Positions 32,798 through 41,018 of a DNA stretch of 64,000 nt are shown here, piece by piece. The notes under the pieces are model-generated. The model was not told the DNA's origin, ran no database searches, and was given only the letters and a program-made list of their open reading frames with translations. This DNA comes from Anaeromyxobacter sp. (GTDB lineage Bacteria > Myxococcota > Myxococcia > Myxococcales > Anaeromyxobacteraceae), in NCBI GenBank assembly GCA_049840735.1, contig JASGJN010000014.1, positions 96,001 through 160,000 of the forward strand, read 5' to 3'. The position numbers were made by a program, and so were the translations under genes. Every line of letters starts with the position of its first letter. Position 1 is the first letter of the stretch.

Positions 32798-34192
32798 ATG
32801 GTGGCTCGATACCCACTGGAAGATTCGCGCTACGCGGGACGTAGCGCCCCGGAAGCAAGCCAGGACACGGGCCTGGTGAGGCTGCAGCAGCCCGACACCG
32901 GGCTTCCGCCGGACGCCCTCGCGCGGCTCATGGAACTCGGGACCCTGGATGAGCGCGGGCAGCAACTCCAGGATCAGTTGGCCATGGCCCAGTCGCTCCG
33001 GATGGGCTCCGGCAAGCGGTACGGCACCGGCATCGGCGCCGCGCTCGGCGGCCTCGGTGACATGGTCAACGCATACAACTCCCGCCAGCAGACGGCCGCC
33101 ATCCGGAAGGAGCAGGCCGACCTTCTGCAGAAGAAGGACGCTGGACGCGCTGAGCTGACGAAGCTCATGGGCGACGGTACTCCGACCGATCCGTTCGCGC
33201 TGCTCACGGCCAACGACGCCGAGGCGCAGCGGCTCTCGACCCAGTACGCGCAGGCGATCGCCCGGCAGCGCCAAATCGGCCTCCTCGGGATGCTCTCTGG
33301 CGACAAGGTGCTGGCTGGCCTTGGCCAAATGACCTACGGCGATGCTGGTCGCCAGCAGGCGGCCTTGGGCGAAGCTGCCTCCACGCGCCTACAGCGCGCC
33401 CTCGAGGCCCAGCGCATGGCACAGGGACAGTCTCGCTGGCAGGCGGAGCAGGACCAGCGGGCGCAGGAGCAGGCCGCAACCCAGGCCTACCGGACCACCC
33501 AGCTCGGCCTGGACCGCGAACGGCTGTCCCAGGACGGGTGGAGCGCGCAGGCCGATCCCGTCACCGGCGGGATCGTCATGTTCAACCGCAAGACCGGAGA
33601 GGTTCGTCCGCTCGGTCCTGGCGGCGGGGCTCCGAGCCCCGGGTCCGTTGTGCCCAAGCCCAAGGACCTCGAGAACGATGCACAGGCACTCGGCAAGGAC
33701 CTGGAGCCCCTCGCGGCGATGTTCAACGATTTGCGCACGCTCAACGCCGCTGCGGCAGGCCCAGACCAGTCGGGCTTCGGTCCCGTCGCCGGTCACCTTC
33801 CCGACTTCCTGACCAGCAACGAGGGCGTGGCCACCCGGCAGGCGGCCCGACGCATCATGGCTGGGATCATCAAGATGCAGTCAGGTACGGCGGCCTCGGA
33901 AAAGGAAGTCGACCGGCTTCTGGCCTCCCGAGGCCTCGGCGAGACGGCGACCCCAGCGCAGTTCAGCCAGGGCGTGGCGTCCCTTGTTCGCGACGCGGAG
34001 GCAGCAGCCCGGCGAAGTGAGGCCAAGTACCACCCCGACGTGGTGAAGGCCTACCGGGCGCGCGGCGGGTTCTCGTCCGATGCACTGAGCCTCGGCGGAC
34101 CCAAGCGCATCAGCAATGACGCTGAGTACGAGGCGCTCCCGTCCGGTGCTGAGTTCGTTGATCCAGAGGGAAACGTGCGGCGCAAGCCGTAG
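32798..34192 (+). CDS. Podovirus-type DNA ejection/internal virion protein-like
   Basis: Q/A-rich helices, DPVTGGIVMFNRKTGEVRP, SGTAASEKE, C-terminal YEALPSGAEFVDPEGNVRRKP. Confidence 0.65.
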   Translation: MVARYPLEDSRYAGRSAPEASQDTGLVRLQQPDTGLPPDALARLMELGTLDERGQQLQDQLAMAQSLRMGSGKRYGTGIGAALGGLGDMVNAYNSRQQTAAIRKEQADLLQKKDAGRAELTKLMGDGTPTDPFALLTANDAEAQRLSTQYAQAIARQRQIGLLGMLSGDKVLAGLGQMTYGDAGRQQAALGEAASTRLQRALEAQRMAQGQSRWQAEQDQRAQEQAATQAYRTTQLGLDRERLSQDGWSAQADPVTGGIVMFNRKTGEVRPLGPGGGAPSPGSVVPKPKDLENDAQALGKDLEPLAAMFNDLRTLNAAAAGPDQSGFGPVAGHLPDFLTSNEGVATRQAARRIMAGIIKMQSGTAASEKEVDRLLASRGLGETATPAQFSQGVASLVRDAEAAARRSEAKYHPDVVKAYRARGGFSSDALSLGGPKRISNDAEYEALPSGAEFVDPEGNVRRKP

Positions 34193-34201
34193 GAGGCAGT
34201 C

Positions 34202-35789
34202 ATGGGCTGGCGAGACGCTCCCGTTGTTCAGCAGAAGCCAGCGGCGGCCCAGGAGCCGGGATGGAAGGGCGCGCCGGTGCTGTCGCCTGAGGCCCTCGCT
34301 GCCGCCATGCCCACCTCCGCCTCCCAGGCGTTCGGCCTCGGCGCTGCCCAGGGCCTGACGTTCAACCAGTTCGACGAGCTGTCCGGCAAGAACGCAGAGG
34401 TGGGTTCTCGCCTGGATGCTCAGCGCCAGTTCTCTGAGCCTGCCGGCCTTGTTCCGAGGGCGCTCAACGACATCCCCAAGGACGCGACCCAGGAACAGCG
34501 AGACGCGGCGATCAAGGCCGCGTATAGCGCTGAGCCTCGCATCGGCGACGGCATGGCGCCGACCCCTGGGCGACTCCGGAAACTGTACCCGGGCGTTCCG
34601 TACCTGCAGGCGCTGACCAAGTTCAAGGCGGACACCCTGGCTGCGCAGGGGTTCAAGTCCGAGCAGGAACGGTCGGACGCCGGCGTGAAGGCGTACCTGG
34701 ATCCCAAGAGCGCCGAGGCCGGCAAGGCCCTACGGGACAACATCCGCGCGTCCAGCGACAAGGCGATGGCGGACCGCCCCGGCGCGTTCATCGCCGGGAA
34801 CGTGGTCGGAAGCCTTCCCTTCGCGGCCCTCGGTGGCGGGGCTGCTGGCGGGAAGGGAGTCCCGCTTCTGACGCGCGCTCTGCAGGCCGCGAAGGCAGGC
34901 GTCGCTCCGGGGGCAGCCTACGGCTATGGCGCCTCGGAGTCCGACTCGGCAGGCGGACAGATTCGCGACACGCTGATGGGCGGTGCGCTGGGGGCAGGGT
35001 TCGGCTTTGCTGCTCCGTACCTCACGGCCGCGGCCGCTGCGCCGGTCAAGGCCGTGGGCAAGTTCGCTGCCGGCCGCGTTGCTGCGGCCGAGGCGAAGGC
35101 GCTCGAGGCGGCCCTGGCGAAGCAGACCGAGGAGCACGCCTCGCTGGTCGGCAAGTACGGCGGCCTCCGGCAGACCGAGAACAAGGCGATCCAGGCCCTC
35201 CTCAGCCTGGAGGAGTCCGGGATGCTGAATCCGGAGAACGCTGCAAAGCTGGCTGAGCTCAGGGCCTCCGGCCGTGTGGCCGAGGCGCTCAACGAGGCCG
35301 CCGCCAACAACCTTGAGTTCATGGGGCAGCGGACCCCGGCCGTCCAGGCTGCGAAGTCGGCCATGCAGCAGAGCGCCCAGAACGCCGAGCAGAACGTCGC
35401 CAAGGAGACGGCCCGTCAGCTCTCCGGGCAGATGCTAAAGCAGCAGATTGGCGACCGCGTGAAGCGCTACGGCATGCCGGTCGCTGGATCCATCATCGGC
35501 ACGGCCATGGGCGGCCCGGTGGGCGCGGCGGTCGGAGCCTTGGCCGGCGCCGGATTCGAGGCCCACGGTCCGCGCCCTGTTCCGGATGGCGCAGCACCCC
35601 TCGGTGCAGAAGGCGGTGTTCGGGACGCTCGCCCGCACTGAGGAGCAGGCGCGGATGCAGGCCCTCCTCATTGATGCGCTCCGCAGGTCGGGGCAGTTGC
35701 CGCTCACCGACGAGGCTGTTTCGAGGCTCGACGCACTCCGCCGGGCTGGGCAGCTCCCGATCACCGACGAGGCCGTCTCATCCGAGTAG
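34202..35789 (+). CDS. Second ejection/DNA-transfer protein-like (frameshift ~35555)
   Basis: WRDAPVV / WKGAPVL repeats, GAAQGLTFNQFDEL, glycine-zipper GAAYGYG...GGALGAGFG. Confidence 0.65.
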
Positions 35790-35792
35790 CGC

Positions 35793-37214
35793 GTGATGAT
35801 TGACCTTCGTGACCTCGGTCGTCAGCTTTCGGCTCTTGAGGCTCAACTCGAGGCTGCGCCTCTCGAAACCTGCCCGGTCTTCGTGGCCCGCCCCTATCAG
35901 CGGGAGCTCCTCGCATACCTGCGGAGCGGCGGAAAGCGCGCCGTCTGCGTCTGGCACCGCCGCGCGGGCAAGGACCTAACACTGCTGCACTGGATGAGCG
36001 AGGCAGCAGAGGACCGGGTCGGCCTTTACTGGCACCTTCTGCCCTCCTCTCGGCAGGCACGCAAGGCCATCTGGAACGGATTCCTGCGCGATGGTCGTCG
36101 CATCATCGACGCCGTCTTTCCGCCGTCAATTGTGAAGCGGAAGAACGAGACGGAGATGGTGCTCGAGCTCGAGAACGGTTCCATCGTCCAACTCGTGGGC
36201 TCTGATGGCTATGACCGTCTCGTTGGCTCGAACCCGATTGGCGTCACCTTCTCCGAGTTCGCGCTCTCCAAGCCCCAGGCCTGGGAGTACATCCGCCCGA
36301 TTCTCGCTGAGAACGGAGGATGGGCCTGCTTCATCTCGACCCCCCGAGGCCGTAACGCTCTCTGGAAGCTTTGGGAGGTCGCCGGGAACGCTCCTGGCTG
36401 GTTCCGCCAACAGCTCTCCATCTTCGATACGGGCGCCCTCCCCCCGTCTACGCTCGAGGAGGAACGAGCGGCCGGCATGCCGGACGCGCTGATCAAGTCC
36501 GAGTATCTCGTGAGTTTCGACGCCGCGCAGGTTGGCGCGGTGTACGGCGATCTGCTGGAGGCACTCGGGAAGAAAGGCGGCCTGGACAAGTTCCCCGTGT
36601 CCATCGAAGCGCCCGTGTACACGGTCTGGGATCTCGGGATGTCGGACTCTACCGCCATCTGGGCCTTCCAGGTGGTGGATGGCCGCCTCGAGGTCGTCAA
36701 CTACTACGAGGCCAACGGGAAGCCGCTCTCCCATTACTTCGAGCACGTGGAGCGGTGGCCGTACAAGTACGAGCGCCACTTCTTTCCGCACGACGCTCGC
36801 GCCCGGAACTTCCAGACGAACGTCACCACGATTCAGCTCGCCCAGGAGCGCCTGAAGGCTGTTGCGGTCGTTCCGCTGATGCCCGTTGAACAGGGGATTG
36901 AGGCGGCGCGATGGCTTCTCCAGACGGCCATTCGCATCCACCCGGATCAGTGCGCCGAGGGGCTAGAGGCGCTCCGGGCGTACTCGTACGAGTTCGATGA
37001 GGACCGGCGCATTTTCTCCCTGCGCCCCCGGCATGACTGGGCGTCGCACGGCGCCGACGCATTCCGCTACCTCGCTACGGTGGCCCGGCAGATGATCGAT
37101 CGGCAGCGAGCGCCGGAGAGGCGCCCACCGACTATCGCCGTTCCCAATGAGACGCTGGACGAGCTCTTCGAGCAGAGCGAGGACGGCGAGCGGCACTTAC
37201 GCGAACGCGTATAG
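35793..37214 (+). CDS. terL: Phage terminase large subunit
   Basis: PYQ, VWHRRAGKD, FSE, FISTPRGRN, WDLGMSDST, FPHDA, HDWASHGADAFRY. Confidence 0.92.
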   Translation: MMIDLRDLGRQLSALEAQLEAAPLETCPVFVARPYQRELLAYLRSGGKRAVCVWHRRAGKDLTLLHWMSEAAEDRVGLYWHLLPSSRQARKAIWNGFLRDGRRIIDAVFPPSIVKRKNETEMVLELENGSIVQLVGSDGYDRLVGSNPIGVTFSEFALSKPQAWEYIRPILAENGGWACFISTPRGRNALWKLWEVAGNAPGWFRQQLSIFDTGALPPSTLEEERAAGMPDALIKSEYLVSFDAAQVGAVYGDLLEALGKKGGLDKFPVSIEAPVYTVWDLGMSDSTAIWAFQVVDGRLEVVNYYEANGKPLSHYFEHVERWPYKYERHFFPHDARARNFQTNVTTIQLAQERLKAVAVVPLMPVEQGIEAARWLLQTAIRIHPDQCAEGLEALRAYSYEFDEDRRIFSLRPRHDWASHGADAFRYLATVARQMIDRQRAPERRPPTIAVPNETLDELFEQSEDGERHLRERV

Positions 37215-37356
37215 GCAAGTCCAAGCGCCGCTCGAACGTGGGGATTCAGTAGCCACTTCGCGAACCTAGCGATACAGGGCCTTCCTCCTGGTTGACACAC
37301 TAGAGATGGTCAACTAGTTGACTAGATAGCTGAACCCAACCAAGGGAGACGCCTGA

Positions 37357-37731
37357 ATGACCAGGACGAAGAGGTCAGGGACCAACGCGAGCGCGCTGTT
37401 GGCGCGCACGGAGCGGCTGTTGAATCTCAAGGACGGACCGGGCCTCGAGCGGGCGCGGAGCGCCATCCGCGCGGCTCTCATGACGCAGGGGCCGGCCGCC
37501 GGCGGAACGCTGATCGGCGGCCTGCTCCACTGCGCCAGCCTGGTGGGCATCGGCGCGAAGGCGGAGAGGGGCGTTCCCGCGCTCCAGGGCCATGTGGAGC
37601 CTGAGTTCCCGGCCGTCTACTTCGCCCAGGTGGCGGTCTACGCGGAGCACCTGGTCGAGGCGCTCACGGCCGAGCTCGACCTGGCCGAGAAGGACATCGC
37701 CGCACGCAGGTCCGCCCGGAGGGCCGCATGA
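37357..37731 (+). CDS. Hypothetical protein
   Basis: GGGAG RBS, coding-like bias, ATGA overlap with the next gene. Confidence 0.55.
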   Translation: MTRTKRSGTNASALLARTERLLNLKDGPGLERARSAIRAALMTQGPAAGGTLIGGLLHCASLVGIGAKAERGVPALQGHVEPEFPAVYFAQVAVYAEHLVEALTAELDLAEKDIAARRSARRAA

Positions 37732-37913
37732 GCCGCCAGAACAAGCGTTCCCGTGAGCAGCAGCTGAAGCAACTGTTCCCGGCCAGCTGGTCCGCCATGC
37801 TCGCTGCCAGCGAGGCGCTCAGGACCAACCGGGACCCCGAGGCGGCCGTCCCCAAGCTCCGGGAGTTGGCCCGAGAGATCCTCGCCTTCACCGACCCGCT
37901 CAAGCGGGCGTGA
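37728..37913 (+). CDS. Small hypothetical protein
   Basis: ATGA overlap. Confidence 0.5.
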   Translation: MSRQNKRSREQQLKQLFPASWSAMLAASEALRTNRDPEAAVPKLRELAREILAFTDPLKRA

Positions 37914-38012
37914 TCCGGCTGGGGCTCGTCAAAACGCCCGCCCCTTGGCGCTGCAGGTCGCGTTAGGCCGGATCCGGTACACTGGTCATCCAGTTCACCA
38001 AGGGGCGGGCGC

Positions 38013-38240
38013 ATGGCAAGGAAGAGGGTGGGGGCGGACATGGCGAAGGCGATCAAGGCGAGCGGCAAGGTCGGCCCTCGATCGGGCTTCGTTAAGGCCA
38101 CCTTCTCGCTTCTCCCCGAGCAGCTTGCGGCCGTAGTAACCGAGGCCCAGGATCGAGCCCAGGAGCGCGGAGTCGTTCGGGCCGACGCTTCAGAGGTGGT
38201 CCGCGAGGCCCTGGAGGCGTGGAGTAAACAGAAGCGCTAG
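38013..38240 (+). CDS. RHH-like DNA-binding protein
   Basis: VKATFSLLPEQL...ASEVVREALEAW. Confidence 0.6.
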   Translation: MARKRVGADMAKAIKASGKVGPRSGFVKATFSLLPEQLAAVVTEAQDRAQERGVVRADASEVVREALEAWSKQKR

Positions 38241-38261
38241 CGCAGCGCGACCAGGGATCCA

Positions 38262-38292
38262 GGCGGGCCGCTCAGCTGCGGCCCGTTTTCTT
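38262..38292 (+). terminator. Intrinsic terminator
   Basis: GCGGGCCGC-loop-GCGGCCCGT followed by TTTCTT. Confidence 0.65.
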
Positions 38293-38515
38293 ACGACTCC
38301 TCGACTTTGTGACCCCTGGCCTGAAGTCTCCCGCAGAGATTCGGCGAGAGCCCACCGATGAAGTTCGCTTCCCCTCCGCAGCCCTCGCACAGGAGGAACA
38401 CCCGGTCGCCGATTTTCCGCATACGCCAGCCCCGAGGCACGTGGCCTCGGGCCGCGTCGTGGGCCTGGGTAGCCCCGCACGCCGCGCACTCGAACGATGT
38501 GGCATTCGTGACCAT
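38291..38515 (-). CDS. Small CxxC-CxxC Zn-finger protein
   Basis: CAAC...PRGW...CEGC. Confidence 0.55.
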   Translation of the reverse strand: MVTNATSFECAACGATQAHDAARGHVPRGWRMRKIGDRVFLLCEGCGGEANFIGGLSPNLCGRLQARGHKVEES

Positions 38516-38640
38516 GGAGCCAGTGACATACCGCTCGGCTCCGTCATCGAAAACGCTGATCTCGGCGCAAGCGCACCGAAGAGCGCACCGAACCACAAAC
38601 CGCCAGGGGCGTGCACCGAGCACTGTGCGCCGGCAGACAA

Positions 38641-38674
38641 AGAAAAACCCCGCAAAACCAAGGGCTTTGCGGGG
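38641..38674 (-). terminator. Terminator downstream of tRNA-Pro, supplied by the satellite
   Basis: CCCCGCAAA...TTTGCGGGG hairpin, then a T-run on the minus strand. Confidence 0.65.
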
Positions 38675-38694
38675 CAGAAATGACGGTGTCTGAG

Positions 38695-38768
38695 TCGGGG
38701 AGACAGGATTTGAACCTGCGACCCCTTGGTCCCGAACCAAGTGCTCTACCAGGCTGAGCCACTCCCCG
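38695..38768 (-). tRNA. tRNA-Pro(CGG), integration target
   Basis: CGGGGAGTGGCTCAGCCTGGTAGAGCAC...TTCGGGA anticodon loop...GGTTCAAATCC...CTCCCCGA; CCA not encoded. Confidence 0.97.
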
Positions 38769-38948
38769 GTGCTGCGTCGCGCTGGAGCATCACCACGGGC
38801 CCGGGAAGCGCCGCGGTCCAACGCAAGGCCGCGTTTCTACTCAAGGACCCCCGGGGTGTCAAGCGCCGTCTCTCGCGAATCCGTCGCGGGGGTGGAAGGG
38901 CTGGAATGCGGGCAATTCCAGCGCGATCGGGGACGGCGGGGATCCCGG

Positions 38949-39590
38949 CCTTCGACTCCGCCGCCGCTCCGCGGCGGCTACGCTCAGGGCTGACCGGATC
39001 CGGTAGGAAGGGCTCGGCACGGGGGGCGCGGTGCAGCTGCGTGCCGGCGAAGCGGGGCCTGGCTTCGACTCCGCGGGCCCTGCGGGCCCGCTACGCTCAG
39101 CCTGACCGGATCATCCCGCATCAGGCTGACCGGATCGGGTAGGAAGGGGCTCGGCACGGGGGGCGCGGTGCAGCTGCGTGCCGGCGAAGCGGGGGCTGGC
39201 TTCGACTCCGCGGGCCCTGCGGGCCCGCTACGCTCAGCCTGACCGGATCCTCCCGCATCAGCCTGACCGGATCCTCCCGCATCAGGCTGACCGGATTGGG
39301 TAGGAAGGGCTCGGCACGGGGGGCGCGGGCAGCTGCGTGCCGGCGAAGCGGGGCCTGGCTTCGACTCCGCGGGCCCTGCGGGCCCGCTACGCTCAGCCTG
39401 ACCGGATCCTCCCGCATCAGCCTGACCGGATCCTCCCGCATCAGCCTGACCGGATCCTCGCGGCTCAGGCTGTCCGGGTCCGATCGAGGGCTCGGGCAGG
39501 GGGCTCTTCCAGCGCAGCTGCGTGCCGCCCTCGCTCCCGTTCGCCCTTCGACAGGCTCAGGGCGAACGGAGTGGACCGGCTCAGGGAGGC
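38949..39590. repeat. REP-like/BIME-like tandem cluster
   Basis: Three ~135-160 bp units containing CTTCGACTCCGC-hairpin-CTACGCTCAG plus short CTGACCGGATCCTCCCGCATCAG subrepeats. Confidence 0.85.
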
Positions 39591-39616
39591 AACCGCCCTC
39601 CCCGCCCTCCCCTCCC

Positions 39617-40936
39617 TCACCTCACGCAGACCGCCTCGAGCTCGCCGATCTCCTTCGGCACCGCCTCGGTCAGGTTCGCGAAGCCGCCCTCGGTCACCAG
39701 CACGTCGTCCTCGATCCGGATCCCGACGCCGCGCATCTCCGGCGGCGCGGCCTCGTCGTCGGCGGCGACGTAGATGCCGGGCTCGATGGTGAGCACCATC
39801 CCGGGCACGAGCGGGCGCGCGGCGCCGTCGATGGTGTAGTCGCCGACGTCATGCACGTCCATGCCGAGCCAGTGGCTGGTCCGGTGCATGTAGTACCTCC
39901 GGAAGGCCTTGTCGGCGATCCGCTCGTCCACGCTCCCCTTCAAGAGCCCGAGCCGGATGAGCCCCTCGGTCAGGCCGCGCACCACGCCGTCGTGGATGGC
40001 GTCGATGGTCGTCCCGGGGCGCACGGACTCGATGGCGGCCTTCTGCACCGACAGGCACAGCGTGTACAGGTCGCGCTGCGCGGGGGTGAACTCGCCGGAG
40101 GCGGGGAAGGTCCGCGTCACGTCGGCGGTGTACCAGCCGTACTCGCCGCCGGCGTCCACCAGGCACACGTCGCCGTCCTTCAGCACCTCGTCGCTGGCGC
40201 GGTAGTGCAGGATGGTCGAGTTGGCGCCGGCGGCCACGATGGTCCCGTAGCCGGGGCCGCTGCAGCCGCGCCGCCTGAAGGCGAACTCGATCTCGGCCTG
40301 CACCTGGTACTCGCGCCGGCCGGGGTAGCCCTCGCGCATGGCGGCCAGGTGGGCCTCGGCGGTGGCCTCGGCGGCCTTGCGCAGCCGCTCCAGCTCCTCG
40401 GGCCCCTTCACCAGCCGCAGCTCGTGCAGGATTCGCCCGTGGTCCACCACGGCCTCGGGCGGCTTCTTGCCCAGCCGCGCGCCGCCGCGGAGGGCGTTGA
40501 GGATCCGGGCCAGCCGCGCGTCCCAGCCGGCCTCGGCGCCGATGCGGAACCAGAGCGTCTTCGCCCCCTCCACCAGGTCGGGGAGCTTGTCCTCCAGCTC
40601 CGCCACGGTGAAGGCCTCGTCGGCGCCGTACTGCTCTCGCGCGCCCTCCACGCCGGCCCGCCGCCCGGTCCAGATCTCCTTCTCGCGATCCTTGGGCCGG
40701 ACGAAGAGCACCACCTTCCGCTCGCCGCCGCGCGAGGAGAGCACGGCGCAGCCCTGCGGCTCGTCCAGGCCGATGGCCCAGGCGTAGTCGGAGTCCTGCC
40801 GGAACAGGTACTCGGCGTCGGCGTTGCGGGCCTTCTCGTCGGCGGCGGGCAGGAGCAGCACCCCGCCGCCGCGCCGCTCCATCTCCTCGAAGATGCGGGC
40901 GCGGCGCGCGGCGTGGACGGTGGGTTCGAAGGTCAT
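39617..40936 (-). CDS. pepP: Xaa-Pro aminopeptidase
   Basis: FRQDSD, ILHY, LVDAGGE, ADVTRT, HRTSHWLGMDVHD, TIEPG, GIRIEDD. Confidence 0.95.
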   Translation of the reverse strand: MTFEPTVHAARRARIFEEMERRGGGVLLLPAADEKARNADAEYLFRQDSDYAWAIGLDEPQGCAVLSSRGGERKVVLFVRPKDREKEIWTGRRAGVEGAREQYGADEAFTVAELEDKLPDLVEGAKTLWFRIGAEAGWDARLARILNALRGGARLGKKPPEAVVDHGRILHELRLVKGPEELERLRKAAEATAEAHLAAMREGYPGRREYQVQAEIEFAFRRRGCSGPGYGTIVAAGANSTILHYRASDEVLKDGDVCLVDAGGEYGWYTADVTRTFPASGEFTPAQRDLYTLCLSVQKAAIESVRPGTTIDAIHDGVVRGLTEGLIRLGLLKGSVDERIADKAFRRYYMHRTSHWLGMDVHDVGDYTIDGAARPLVPGMVLTIEPGIYVAADDEAAPPEMRGVGIRIEDDVLVTEGGFANLTEAVPKEIGELEAVCVR

Positions 40937-41018
40937 GGCCTGGCTATATAGCGCGCGCCCCGGCGGCGCGGGGGGCCGCGGTGAGGGGCCTTCTGCGCCG
41001 ACCCGGTGGGCGCCTGCC

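Larger units (their letters stand above)
26287..38688 (+). mobile_element. 12.4-kb integrated phage-satellite-like element
   Basis: Bounded by att repeats; int, alpA, helicase, ori, ejection-like genes and terL; no capsid, portal or tail recognised. Confidence 0.8.

Noticed and set aside
26287..38688. Complete prophage
   Set aside because: Too small, and no capsid, portal, tail or lysis genes were recognised
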